From the IMG/VR virus record IMGVR_UViG_3300024252_000004, positions 124,001-188,000 of that record: a stretch of 64,000 nt of DNA. One strand, 5' to 3'. The position numbers and the translations under genes are program-made. Numbering within the stretch: position 1 is the first letter of the stretch; every line of letters begins with the position of its first letter. Shown one piece after another: positions 1-10,079 of the stretch. The notes below the pieces were generated by a model that saw only the letters and a program-made list of their open reading frames with translations, was not told the DNA's origin and made no database searches.

Positions 1-16
1 GAGCACTACAAGCAGT

Positions 17-562
17 ATGACTCCAGTTACAGGAACTCAGGGAGCAATAGATGCTGGACGTGATGGCATATGGTTAGCAAAAGCTGTAGAAAGCGGAATA
101 ACCTGGGCAGATTATAATGGCATCTTGGTAAGGATGACAGCTACAGAGTGGAGAGCAGGAACCGGAGTAGATACTCATGTTCTGGTTGGCTATTCTGACA
201 CATTATTACAGTCAACAGGTGTAGGCTCTTTGGCTGGAATAAATTCATCTCCATCGGCTACCTCAATTAGAAGGGCAGCTACGATCTCGCCAGGAGGTTC
301 TTTGGCTACGAGCAGTGCTAACTTTTCAACAAGCTCCTCTGTAACTACCACAGTATGGATTCCGTTTGGAAGTTCGGGGCCACTTGGTGCTCAGCCAACA
401 GTTTATCTGGATAGCTCAACAACTGCGGCTGGAAGGAATAATACAAATCCGGTTTCGGTAAGCGATTTGAACTTAGTTATATCAATTGGTAATACAGGTT
501 CATGGGCCAGTGCAGTAGGCATTACTGGATTCACAGTTGAAACTGCGCTCATAAATAGTTAA
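17..562 (+). CDS. Probable virion/tail structural protein, C-terminal part (frame is open back to the window edge)
   Basis: S/T/G-rich, beta-strand-like ORF with no upstream stop in frame; followed by other virion-like genes. Confidence 0.45.
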   Translation: MTPVTGTQGAIDAGRDGIWLAKAVESGITWADYNGILVRMTATEWRAGTGVDTHVLVGYSDTLLQSTGVGSLAGINSSPSATSIRRAATISPGGSLATSSANFSTSSSVTTTVWIPFGSSGPLGAQPTVYLDSSTTAAGRNNTNPVSVSDLNLVISIGNTGSWASAVGITGFTVETALINS

Positions 563-568
563 AATGAT

Positions 569-1015
569 ATGTCTGATTGGAATAGTCTAAGAAATTATCT
601 TGTTAATTGGATTGAGAATAAAAAAGGTTATATAGTTCACTTCGCAACAGAAGGCGAACTAAATATCATTGACAGTGATTTTAATGAAATTGTCATTGAT
701 GAAAGACTTTCTTATGAACTTCAGACCTATGTATTGCTGCATGAGTGTGGACATATCCTTACATGGGAAAATGGAATGTTCTTAAGCCTTGAAAAGAAAG
801 CAAGCAGACATAAGGCCGCAACTTTTAAAGAAAGAACTTTTACGGTTATAGAGGAAATAGAAGCGTGGAAGAGAGGATTATCTCTTGCCAAGAGACTTAA
901 CATCCCAGTGGATGTGGTAAAATGGGAGGAGGAGATGGCATCCGCCATCGGGAAATATATAACATGGTCCATCAACCCGGAAGGGTACGAATCAATTGAT
1001 GGACCTAAGCCATAA
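569..1015 (+). CDS. HExxH zinc metallopeptidase-like protein (ImmA/IrrE-like)
   Basis: VLLHECGH motif followed by E..AW..G, typical of ImmA/IrrE-like domains. Confidence 0.6.
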   Translation: MSDWNSLRNYLVNWIENKKGYIVHFATEGELNIIDSDFNEIVIDERLSYELQTYVLLHECGHILTWENGMFLSLEKKASRHKAATFKERTFTVIEEIEAWKRGLSLAKRLNIPVDVVKWEEEMASAIGKYITWSINPEGYESIDGPKP

Positions 1016-1033
1016 AACTGAGGAGAGCCGAAT

Positions 1034-1642
1034 ATGGGAATGACTAAAATTAAATTACTTGATGACAGAGCAGAGGTGCCTACCCGCGCTCATGAGTCCG
1101 ACACCGGATATGATCTTCGCATGATTGATGTAAAAACAATCACTGGAGATACAATTTATTTCAGAACTGGCATTGCAGTCCAACCGCCAGAGGGTCACTA
1201 TTTTGAGATTGTGCCCAGGAGTTCGCTTTCTAAACTCCCGCTCGCTCTTGCAAATTCTGTAGGGATTGTTGATGAGCATTACCGTGGAGAGATTCTTGTT
1301 GCAATCAAAGTGTTGCACTCGGAGCTTGGAAAAAACCTTGGCCGACAGGCATTCCCTGGAGGCATAATTACCATTTTTGATAAGAAGCCTCGCTCGCTCT
1401 ATGACGTAGCTAACCTTATTCTTTCTCAGAAGCCTGTGCTGACTCAGCTTATTCTCAAAGAAAGATTAAGCACTGATTTTGAAGAAGTAGCTGAGCTTGA
1501 AAAAACAGAAAGAGGCGATGGCGGATTTGGCAGCACTGATGGCAAGCCTGTAGTTAAGTCTACGAGGGCAGCTAGACCAACTCAGACTGTTACCAAGGCG
1601 AGCACTCGCAAAGGATTAGTAAGAAGATCTTCTGACGCCTGA
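1034..1642 (+). CDS. dut: dUTPase (trimeric) with basic C-terminal extension
   Basis: Motifs DTGYDL, PRSS, GIVDEHYRGEI and RGDGGFGSTD; GGAG RBS. Confidence 0.93.
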   Translation: MGMTKIKLLDDRAEVPTRAHESDTGYDLRMIDVKTITGDTIYFRTGIAVQPPEGHYFEIVPRSSLSKLPLALANSVGIVDEHYRGEILVAIKVLHSELGKNLGRQAFPGGIITIFDKKPRSLYDVANLILSQKPVLTQLILKERLSTDFEEVAELEKTERGDGGFGSTDGKPVVKSTRAARPTQTVTKASTRKGLVRRSSDA

Positions 1643-1679
1643 AAAACTTACTTACTAATAAGCTGACCCTATTTAGAGG

Positions 1680-3977
1680 GTGATGATGTCAGACTACAGT
1701 ATATATCCAAGCGCGCTTGATGGTTACTTACAATTACCATTAGCAGTAGACGGAACAACCGAAGTTGATGCGGCAAGTGTCAACCGGTTGCGTTCCGCTA
1801 TTGTTAATATTGAAAGTGAGCTTGGCACTGCGCCGAGCGGGGACTATGGGACAGTCTCTTCTCGGCTTTCTACATTTGAAACTCTTATTTTAGATTATGA
1901 TTATCACCTGACAGATGAGAGCAATCCCCATGCAACATCTTTGGCGAATCTGGTTGGTGGCACAATAACAGAACTAAATGATTTATTATCAGATGGCACA
2001 GTTGAGACTGAAAAACAGAATGTTATAACTGTGGCTAAAACTGGTGGAAATTTTACATCAATAAAAGATGCTTTAGATTCTATAACTGATGCGTCAACAT
2101 CAAATAGGTATATTCTAATTATATACCCAGGTAGATACTCTGAACTAAATCCAGTAACTGTCCCTAATTATGTATCAATAAATGCAATTGGTAGACACGA
2201 GACAGTTCAGATGTATTGCTCTAATCCAAATGCTCACGGAATGATTATGGGGAGCGACAGTGATATTGTGGGACTTGATATTTCAAATGTTTCTGGTTCA
2301 GGATTTGCAGGTTTTTACATTTCTTCATCTATTCAAAATATAGATCTCCACGACATCGAGGTTTCAGATTGTGAGATTGGAATTATATCTGAAGCTACAG
2401 GACGAAATGAAGTTAGGGTTAGAGAGTGCATTCTTAATGGGACTATTGGCACTGGAATTTTAGCTCAAACTGGAGGCAAAGCATTACTTTCAGATATAGC
2501 TGTTGGAAATGGAACAACTGTAGAAACTTTCTGTTTCGCAACAGGAACGGGTTCTACAATCGGCATTAACAGTTCAGACTCTGAACCTTCAGTAGGAATC
2601 AATGGCTTGTTTGTAGATGATGGCGGAACGATCCGGGCAAATGGAATTCACTTAGCTGGCTCTGTAACTAATATGATAAGAGTCGGCCCAACAAATACGA
2701 GCACAATAAGTATTGTTGGCGTTGACATATCTGGAACATCAACTTTTGACCTCTTAGTCGAAAGTTCGGGCAGCACAATTCGGTCCTCCGGTTGTAGAAT
2801 TAGAAATGATAGAGTCTCTTTAGTTACAGGCGTTATATCTCAGGCGTCTTTCTTCTCAGATACAGGAGGCGACGAAGGCCACATCATTCTTGGCGAACTA
2901 CATGTTGGAAGATATGATAAAGGATCTGAATCTACATTTGGAGAAGGAGACAGTCATACGTTTGGAATGAAGGTATTCACAAACACAAATGGAACAGTTG
3001 GCACTTGGGTTGATGTAACAGACACTGCGATTAGTAATACATCATCTACCTTTACAATGCTTCCTGCACTTACAACTGATGCATCAATTTATATTGGAGG
3101 GAATACAGCTTTTAATGGCTTAAAAGCTTTAATAACTGGAGCTATTAACATAGGCTCAGGTGGTATCATCGCAGAATATTGGGATGGAAGTGCTTGGCAA
3201 ATCTTTGATGCAATGTCCACCTTATCATCTCCTCCATATACTCAGTATGGAGCAGACCATTTTGGAAATGCAGAAACTCAGCAGATAAGGTTTGGCGATA
3301 TGACATTATGGGCAAAATCTACATTAAACGGTTCAGAAAAATATTGGATCCGCATCAGAATTACTGGCACCATTACTACATCTCCCATCATTGAGCAATT
3401 CAAAATGCATACAAATAGAACTGAGATTAACGCAGATGGCTTTGTTGAATTTTTTGGGAATGCAAGACCTGTTCGCGATATAAATGTGCATTTTAAATTG
3501 GCAGAAGATTTATCCGGATCAAGTCCAGGAAATCAGGCATTAAATCTTGCCTCCAATATCACCATTACTCCGAAAGATAATAAATTCAATAATAACGCTT
3601 TAGATGGCAATGGGTTCCTCGTGTTAGTTCCGGAAGGTATAGATACCTCTTTCCCAATTACATTTGAGGTAGAATGGATTCCGCTCTCTACTGCCGTTGG
3701 AGACATTGAGATTGATTTTGAGTTCGCTGTGCTTAATCCCGATGATCTTCTTGATGGAGCAAAATCAGGCACAACATCTACTGTATTAACCTCAGTAAAC
3801 AATAATCAGTACAAACCATTTATATCTATTTTTACTTTAAACATTAACGGCTCTTTTCCGGGCGATAAAATTGCCTACAGATATAGTCGTGACGCAACCG
3901 GCTCAAACCCAGCAGACACCTTCTCTGCCAACATCGCAATTGTCAGAACAAGGATGACTGGAAAATTTTGGAGATAA
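1680..3977 (+). CDS. Large virion structural / tail-fibre-like protein with parallel beta-helix repeats
   Basis: 765 aa; N-terminal YP.ALD...AI..IE.ELG segment; VAKTGGNFTSIKDALDSI..IIYPGRY pectin-lyase-like entry motif; G/S/T-rich repeats. Confidence 0.6.
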   Translation: MMMSDYSIYPSALDGYLQLPLAVDGTTEVDAASVNRLRSAIVNIESELGTAPSGDYGTVSSRLSTFETLILDYDYHLTDESNPHATSLANLVGGTITELNDLLSDGTVETEKQNVITVAKTGGNFTSIKDALDSITDASTSNRYILIIYPGRYSELNPVTVPNYVSINAIGRHETVQMYCSNPNAHGMIMGSDSDIVGLDISNVSGSGFAGFYISSSIQNIDLHDIEVSDCEIGIISEATGRNEVRVRECILNGTIGTGILAQTGGKALLSDIAVGNGTTVETFCFATGTGSTIGINSSDSEPSVGINGLFVDDGGTIRANGIHLAGSVTNMIRVGPTNTSTISIVGVDISGTSTFDLLVESSGSTIRSSGCRIRNDRVSLVTGVISQASFFSDTGGDEGHIILGELHVGRYDKGSESTFGEGDSHTFGMKVFTNTNGTVGTWVDVTDTAISNTSSTFTMLPALTTDASIYIGGNTAFNGLKALITGAINIGSGGIIAEYWDGSAWQIFDAMSTLSSPPYTQYGADHFGNAETQQIRFGDMTLWAKSTLNGSEKYWIRIRITGTITTSPIIEQFKMHTNRTEINADGFVEFFGNARPVRDINVHFKLAEDLSGSSPGNQALNLASNITITPKDNKFNNNALDGNGFLVLVPEGIDTSFPITFEVEWIPLSTAVGDIEIDFEFAVLNPDDLLDGAKSGTTSTVLTSVNNNQYKPFISIFTLNINGSFPGDKIAYRYSRDATGSNPADTFSANIAIVRTRMTGKFWR

Positions 3978-4062
3978 TTTAATTGAGACAACTATATCGT
4001 TGTCGGTACGATATAGCAGAGGCTCCATCTGGGCTTCTGCTATTTTTATTGGAGGACGGCCC

Positions 4063-6294
4063 ATGGCCCTGATCATAGTTGAGAGTCCTAACAAGATTCC
4101 GAAAATTAAGAAATCGCTCGATTCTTCCTACGAAGTAATCGCTTCTGTAGGTCATATCATGGACCTCAGCAAAAAGAAGCTCGGCGTTGAGTTACCAGAT
4201 TTCACACCGGTGTATGTCACCAATCCTGACAAGAAGGATGTGGTCGCGAACATTAAAGCTGCTGCCAAGCGACACGATGACATCTACGTCGCAACAGACG
4301 CCGACCGTGAAGGTGAGGCGATTGCTTACAACATTCTGGATATTCTGCCGAAGCGTGGAAAGAACATTCATCGAGTAATCTTCAAGGAAATCAATAAGAA
4401 ATCCATCCTTGCAGGTATCAAGAATCCTCTTGGATTCAGAGAGACTACCTTTCATGCACAGCAGGCAAGGCGTATCACTGACCGCTTCGTTGGATTTAAA
4501 GTAAGCCCTGTCATGTGGGCAAAGGGCCTCAAAGGAACGAGCGCTGGACGAGTACAATCGGCCGCTCTTAAATTCGTTGTGGACAGAGAGAAGGATATCC
4601 GGGCATTCATCAAAGAAGAATACTGGAGCGTCACAGCCAACACTGACCACAAGTTCGATGCAGAGTTCGTCACTCTTAACGGCAAAAAATATGTCCCTAA
4701 AAGCAAGGCAGAAACAAAGGCGGCTCTCGATCAAATCGATGGACCACTTGTTGTCTCTGTATATGAAAAGAAAACAAGAACCAAAAGTCCTCCGCCACCA
4801 TTTGTAACTGCATCTATGCAGCAGACTGCTGGTGCAAAGTTCAAATGGACCGCCAAGAGAACAATGGATACTGCGCAGTCCCTATTCTCTCAGGGGCTCA
4901 TCACCTATCATAGAACTGATAGTACAAGATCTGATCCTGAGAAAGTCGAAGCGATTCGGAAGAAAATTATTGAGAAGCTTGGGGAGCAGTATCTCTCCGA
5001 GACTCCAAAGCTGTATGGTCCGAAGGAGGCAGCACAGGATGCTCACGAAGCTATCCGCCCAACCTTTGAAGCGACACCTGCGGCTATGACTCCTGATGGA
5101 GACAAACTATTATCTTTGATTAGGAATCGTTTCATGGCATCTCAGATGGCTCATGCCAAATTCGATGCCGCAAAGATTGAGCTTAAAAGCGGACCACTTG
5201 GATTTAAAGCTACAGGTTCCGTTATGCAGTTTGATGGTTTCCTTAAGGTATATGGCTCATCAAGTAACGATGTGTCAATCCCCGCGCTTAAGGTTGGACA
5301 GGAAGTTAAAGTAAAGAAGTACAAGCCAAAGCAGCATTTCACCAAGCCACCATCAAGATACACTGAAGCAGCGTTCGTTAAGAAGATGGAGTCGGAAGGT
5401 ATCGGAAGACCATCTACCTATGCGGCGCTTGTTGAAACTTTGCTCAACAGAGGCTACGTCACTCGTAAAAGCACAACCATGTTTGGCACAGAGATCGGTA
5501 TCTTAGCCTGCGACTATCTTGAAGAGCATTTCGAAAACCTTACTGACACTCAGATGACTGCCACGATGGAGGCACACCTTGATGAAATCGAAGCAGGCTC
5601 CAAGACTATCAAGGATATCTTAACTCCGTTCAATGCAGAGCTTGATAGGGATATCTTTAAGGCTAAGAAAAGCGAGTCACGTAAGGCATTCGAAACTGAT
5701 GAGAAATGTCCCAAATGTGATGACGGCTCCCAAATGGTCAGGAAGATTGCGAATAAGGAAGTATTCTTAGGTTGTCAGAACTGGCCGAAATGTGGGCACA
5801 CATTCAGTATCGGAGACGATGGAAAGTTCATTGCCAAAGAGGTTGAGACAGGTATTCCTTGTCCTGACTGTGGCAATGTGTTAATCAAGAGAAATGGAAA
5901 GTTCGGAGAATTTTGGTCATGTTCATCTTATCCTACATGCAATTGGAAAGGTAAGCTCAACGCAAAAGGCGAACCTGTTATGTCAGGTGGAGCACAAACA
6001 ACGGACCAAGAGTGCCCGGAATGTAAGACCAATATGCTTGTAAAGAGAAGCGGCAAATTCGGCGATTTCCTTGGATGCAAAGGCTATCCGACTTGTAACT
6101 TTACTGCACAGCTTGATGACGACGGTAAGATTGTCGTTAAGAAGAAGAAGCAGTGGGGCAAGAAGAAGGCAGTGAAAGACACTGGCGAGAAGTGCCCGAA
6201 ATGCAAAAAGAATAACCTTGTTGAGCGCGAAGGGCGTTACGGAGCATTCGTTGCGTGCAGTGGTTATCCACGTTGTAAGTTTATCAAGAAGTAA
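4063..6294 (+). CDS. topA: Type IA DNA topoisomerase I with four C-terminal zinc ribbons
   Basis: IVESPNK, ATDADREGEAI, SAGRVQS, ITYHRTDS (catalytic Tyr) and four CPxC..C..YPxC ribbons; start moved to ATG 4063 after GGAGG. Confidence 0.97.
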   Translation: MALIIVESPNKIPKIKKSLDSSYEVIASVGHIMDLSKKKLGVELPDFTPVYVTNPDKKDVVANIKAAAKRHDDIYVATDADREGEAIAYNILDILPKRGKNIHRVIFKEINKKSILAGIKNPLGFRETTFHAQQARRITDRFVGFKVSPVMWAKGLKGTSAGRVQSAALKFVVDREKDIRAFIKEEYWSVTANTDHKFDAEFVTLNGKKYVPKSKAETKAALDQIDGPLVVSVYEKKTRTKSPPPPFVTASMQQTAGAKFKWTAKRTMDTAQSLFSQGLITYHRTDSTRSDPEKVEAIRKKIIEKLGEQYLSETPKLYGPKEAAQDAHEAIRPTFEATPAAMTPDGDKLLSLIRNRFMASQMAHAKFDAAKIELKSGPLGFKATGSVMQFDGFLKVYGSSSNDVSIPALKVGQEVKVKKYKPKQHFTKPPSRYTEAAFVKKMESEGIGRPSTYAALVETLLNRGYVTRKSTTMFGTEIGILACDYLEEHFENLTDTQMTATMEAHLDEIEAGSKTIKDILTPFNAELDRDIFKAKKSESRKAFETDEKCPKCDDGSQMVRKIANKEVFLGCQNWPKCGHTFSIGDDGKFIAKEVETGIPCPDCGNVLIKRNGKFGEFWSCSSYPTCNWKGKLNAKGEPVMSGGAQTTDQECPECKTNMLVKRSGKFGDFLGCKGYPTCNFTAQLDDDGKIVVKKKKQWGKKKAVKDTGEKCPKCKKNNLVEREGRYGAFVACSGYPRCKFIKK

Positions 6295-6303
6295 GGAGAT
6301 AAT

Positions 6304-6684
6304 ATGTCTGAAGAGAAAAAGTTAACAGCAAAAGAGAAGGCCAAGATTAGAGAGAAGAAGCTTGATGCTCAGTGGGCTAAGCAGGTCACTGATCCCATTA
6401 AAGAATTCAAAGCCACCCTTAAACAGGTGGAGATTTATGGCTTGTCCGATGAGGACAGAGCAGCGGTAGCAGCCGATACTGGAAGTTGGCCTGGACAGGT
6501 GCAGTTGCTTGTCTCTGCCTATATCAAGCATCTCAGGTTTAAACAAACTGTGATGCACAAAAGTCTGGAGGTGCTTGCGTCTGGTATGATTAAGCCAGAA
6601 GATGCGGCCGAATTTGCTCAGGGAGCCCTTGAGCAGGTTTGCCTTCGCGATTTGAAAAACATACCCAATCAAGAAGCTGAATAA
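6304..6684 (+). CDS. Hypothetical protein
   Basis: AAGGAG RBS, 126-aa ORF, no recognised domain. Confidence 0.7.
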   Translation: MSEEKKLTAKEKAKIREKKLDAQWAKQVTDPIKEFKATLKQVEIYGLSDEDRAAVAADTGSWPGQVQLLVSAYIKHLRFKQTVMHKSLEVLASGMIKPEDAAEFAQGALEQVCLRDLKNIPNQEAE

Positions 6685-6711
6685 AAATTCCTAAAACCTT
6701 AGAGAGCGAAG

Positions 6712-7011
6712 ATGGACGATAAAGCAATTTACTGGGAATACAGAGAAACTAATAGTATAAACGATAGGCCGGATAGTCACGTTGATCAAAACAAAATTAC
6801 CAAAGCTTATAATGAGGCTTCAGGGTGTATCTATCTCGAAGGAGAGCTTGGTTGGCAGAGCGCAGATGAGTCATATACTAATCAGACCCAAAATCATTTT
6901 GATGGTCAATGGCGAATTAAGGGATTCTATTTTGGCACCGTCGTTTGGGAAAGATTATTGATAGGGCGATATGCTCCGGAAATATATTCGGGAACAGTTG
7001 ATTTTTTATAG
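6712..7011 (+). CDS. Hypothetical protein
   Basis: 99-aa ORF filling the gap between co-oriented genes. Confidence 0.6.
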   Translation: MDDKAIYWEYRETNSINDRPDSHVDQNKITKAYNEASGCIYLEGELGWQSADESYTNQTQNHFDGQWRIKGFYFGTVVWERLLIGRYAPEIYSGTVDFL

Positions 7012-7021
7012 AAGGAAAAAG

Positions 7022-7288
7022 ATGAGTCAAATAATTTCAATAGATAAGCTGCAAGAGCTTATCGAAGAAGATATCAATCCCGCATTGGCGATGCACAGCG
7101 GATTCTGTGTTCTTGATGCTGTTGAAGATGAAAAAGACGGAGAGCCGCCAAAGGTTTTTCTTTCTTTCTTTGGCGGCTGTGATGGTTGTCCAAGTGCCTT
7201 TACGAGCACACTTGCTCAGATTCAGAATCTATTGAGGGCAGAATTAGAAATTGAAACCTTAGAGGTTATCAACACGGAGACCACATGA
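7022..7288 (+). CDS. NifU C-terminal (Nfu-type) Fe-S scaffold/carrier
   Basis: I...INPALAMHSG...V.LSFFGGCDGCPSA..TL..IQ..L, the Nfu CxxC signature; ATG 7022 after AAGGA. Confidence 0.85.
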   Translation: MSQIISIDKLQELIEEDINPALAMHSGFCVLDAVEDEKDGEPPKVFLSFFGGCDGCPSAFTSTLAQIQNLLRAELEIETLEVINTETT

Positions 7289-8169
7289 ACTTCAAAGGGA
7301 CAGTATACATATTTGATCTTGACGACACACTCTACTGGACATCTGACTGGTATGAAACTGCAAGGTTAAATAGAGATGGATACATCTATCAGCCTGGAGA
7401 AAGTGGAAATCTAAAAAACGCATTGGAACTATTTACTCAGCTCAATGCCAGAGAGGATATTCCTGAGAGGTTAATGACTCTTCAGCTTAAGACACAGAAG
7501 AAACATCAGCTTGATGGTAGAGATATTTACTTTGAGGTAACTGACAAAGCGGGGGCGCCTGTGCCTCTTGAGGAGCTACAGGCTCACATAACACCTGAGC
7601 AGCTTAGTGCGGCAGGGATTAGGGTTAATAGAAACTTCTCTCCATTTGCTATCATCACCAATGATGATCAATATTATCTCAATCCAAATACAATCGGAAG
7701 GCATGGCCCAAACTCCGAAATGCTTGAGCTTTATGAAGCCAATCATCAAAACGCCATCATCCTTACTGCAAGGAAGAGTGGGCCTGGAATGCAAGAAAGA
7801 ATTGCTGAAATTCTAAGCGATCATCCTCCGATGGAGATTGTAACTCAGCCTTTGGATAGTCCTAACTCAGGAAGATATAAGGGCAACTACATTCTCAGTG
7901 TAGCGATGCAACCTGAGGTAACTCAGGTATACTTCTACGATGATAACTCAAAATATATTAAAAGAGTTGATGAAGTTCTGAGTGCTTATGACGAAGAGCA
8001 CGGTACAAATCTAAGAGCGAAGGTAGACATTAATGTTGTCTCAACAGAGGGTAAGCCTATGAACAAGTTAAAGCTTGCTCATGCCTACAGTTCCATCTTG
8101 GGTCGTGATCATTATTTGAGAAAGAATGGCTTCGCAGATAAATATATTAACGAGCTATATGATGAGTAA
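7285..8169 (+). CDS. HAD-superfamily hydrolase-like protein
   Basis: IFDLDDTL motif I, ILTAR motif II, FYDDN motif IV. Confidence 0.7.
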   Translation: MNFKGTVYIFDLDDTLYWTSDWYETARLNRDGYIYQPGESGNLKNALELFTQLNAREDIPERLMTLQLKTQKKHQLDGRDIYFEVTDKAGAPVPLEELQAHITPEQLSAAGIRVNRNFSPFAIITNDDQYYLNPNTIGRHGPNSEMLELYEANHQNAIILTARKSGPGMQERIAEILSDHPPMEIVTQPLDSPNSGRYKGNYILSVAMQPEVTQVYFYDDNSKYIKRVDEVLSAYDEEHGTNLRAKVDINVVSTEGKPMNKLKLAHAYSSILGRDHYLRKNGFADKYINELYDE

Positions 8170-8728
8170 ATTACAAACCTGTACGGTCAATGAACTAAAG
8201 AAATATTTTGATGCAGAACTAAATGAAGTGATTCGGGTCTACAAATTCAAAGTCCCGCAGCCCGTTGTTCTGCACTTATCATCCCTGATGATGAGGACAG
8301 TTACTCGTCCTCCATCTTGGGATCCTACATTGACCGAGCTATATGGTAAAAGCCTTGAAACCGATAAGGCAGAGCAACTTGTTCTGCTTAAAGAAATCGG
8401 GGACAAGGCTTTAATTTTTTCTGGGTACTTTCCCGAATCTGTCGAGAAGAGATCGAGCATTGACTTCTATGTCCAGATGGGACAGAAGGGGTATACTCAA
8501 GCCTATTATATTCTTGACAATCCTGTATATTTGGAAATGGCCAAGACCTACCGCGACCTTGTAAATATTCTTAACGAGGTGGCGGACGCCGGGAGGCACT
8601 ACAGCGACGACGAAATGCTCGGCCTCTATGCGGAGTGGCTCTCTACTAAAAGCGTAGCTTTAGAGAGGAAGCTTGCAAGGCGTGGCTTCTTGACAAAAGG
8701 AGTCAATGAGGATGAAGTTATTTTCTGA
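8162..8728 (+). CDS. Conserved hypothetical protein
   Basis: LKEIGDKALIFSGYFPES...DFYVQMGQKGY resembles an uncharacterised proteobacterial family as I recall it (unverified). Confidence 0.6.
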   Translation: MSKLQTCTVNELKKYFDAELNEVIRVYKFKVPQPVVLHLSSLMMRTVTRPPSWDPTLTELYGKSLETDKAEQLVLLKEIGDKALIFSGYFPESVEKRSSIDFYVQMGQKGYTQAYYILDNPVYLEMAKTYRDLVNILNEVADAGRHYSDDEMLGLYAEWLSTKSVALERKLARRGFLTKGVNEDEVIF

Positions 8729-8957
8729 ACATCCAAATAGTATAGGGGAGACGTATGCCGAGCATTTGGCATATGCCTGCGGAAAATCTTGGTGCGTGTT
8801 TAAGATCGCGTTAATTCTATTTGTTCATGGGGTCTTTCCCTTCTGGTATAAATATGAAGGATCGGAGCGAATTGAATCGCTTTGCAGTGAATTAGAAAAA
8901 AGAAAAGCCGGAGCGAGCCATGAAGAAGATTGTAGTTGCGACAGTTGTTCTAAATAA
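8706..8957 (+). CDS. DUF6356-like small protein
   Basis: FSEHPNSIGETYAEHL...LFVHGVFPF pattern. Confidence 0.65.
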   Translation: MRMKLFSEHPNSIGETYAEHLAYACGKSWCVFKIALILFVHGVFPFWYKYEGSERIESLCSELEKRKAGASHEEDCSCDSCSK

Positions 8958-9327
8958 GAACGACGAGATACTATTGCTCCAAAGGGCCTCAGGAAAATCA
9001 TGGGGAGGACGTTGGAATTTCCCTGGTGGAAAGTACGACTCTACCGATAAGGATTTGATGAGCGCAGCCAAGAGAGAGACTCAGGAAGAAGCGGGGATAA
9101 CCGTTTCTGATTTAGAGTTTATGGGCAAAGTAAGATATAAAAGTTTCGATATGTACATCTACTCCACAAGAACCTATGAAGGTGAGGTGAAGATTAACGA
9201 TGAAAGCGATGACTTCAAGTGGGTCAAAGCCAACGAATTATCGGAATACGAATTCCCTATGAATGGGATAATTAATTGGCACATCTATGATGCCATTGTG
9301 AACTTAGCTGGAGATAACAATGAGTGA
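8920..9327 (+). CDS. NUDIX hydrolase
   Basis: Nudix box GGKYD..D..LMSAAKRETQEEAGI. Confidence 0.92.
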   Translation: MKKIVVATVVLNKNDEILLLQRASGKSWGGRWNFPGGKYDSTDKDLMSAAKRETQEEAGITVSDLEFMGKVRYKSFDMYIYSTRTYEGEVKINDESDDFKWVKANELSEYEFPMNGIINWHIYDAIVNLAGDNNE

Positions 9328-9682
9328 AAGAATGAAAGAGATATTGGACTTTGAAAACAAAGTAACTGAGATTTTTGAAAAGGTTGAGTACATAGAAGAT
9401 CCATTTGCATTAGCCAATGTTCAGCATATGATAGCGGAAGAATGCAATGCGATAAGAGACCTTCTGATAATGAAGAACAAAGAGTATGGAAACTCTGCAT
9501 TGCAACCAAAGAGAATCTTTTCAAACTCGAATCCAATTGAGCAAATCAAGGTCAGGATTGACGACAAGCTTTCGCGCTTATCGACACGAGGGGAAAAAGA
9601 GATTCACGAGGATACATGTAGTGACCTTATGGGATATCTTATTCTATTGAAAGTAGCTCAGAGACTTTACGGAGAGGAATAG
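9320..9682 (+). CDS. DUF1599 / nucleotide-modification-associated domain protein
   Basis: KNKEYGNS...IKVRIDDKLSRL...DTCSDLMGY pattern. Confidence 0.7.
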   Translation: MSERMKEILDFENKVTEIFEKVEYIEDPFALANVQHMIAEECNAIRDLLIMKNKEYGNSALQPKRIFSNSNPIEQIKVRIDDKLSRLSTRGEKEIHEDTCSDLMGYLILLKVAQRLYGEE

Positions 9683-10002
9683 TGATAACAGTAACCGAGG
9701 CAGCCAAAGAAAAGATTCGCAAGATATCCAAGCAACTCCAGATTGAGGAGGGGGCTATGAGGATAGGTGTGCGAAGCGGAGGTTGCTCCGGTTTAATGTT
9801 TGTGACCGAGATGGTTGAGACACCTGACGCCACCGATAGGCTTTTTACATTTGATGATATCGTTATCGCCATCGATAAAAAGTCATACCTATTTTTAGTT
9901 GGATTGGAAATAGATTATGAAGATACGCTGATGAGATCAGGGTTTAAATACAACATGTCGGACAAAAGAAAATGTGGCTGCGGAGAAAGTTTCACTGCAT
10001 AA
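9682..10002 (+). CDS. iscA: HesB/IscA-family A-type Fe-S cluster assembly protein
   Basis: ITVTEAA, GVRSGGCSG, IDYEDTL...GF and CGCGESF. Confidence 0.92.
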   Translation: MITVTEAAKEKIRKISKQLQIEEGAMRIGVRSGGCSGLMFVTEMVETPDATDRLFTFDDIVIAIDKKSYLFLVGLEIDYEDTLMRSGFKYNMSDKRKCGCGESFTA

Positions 10003-10079
10003 CAGACAAAAGGGTCTATTATTAAATTCCAGTATAGCAGGAGCTAACCATAAGCTCCGTAACAAACATTGGAGTATAA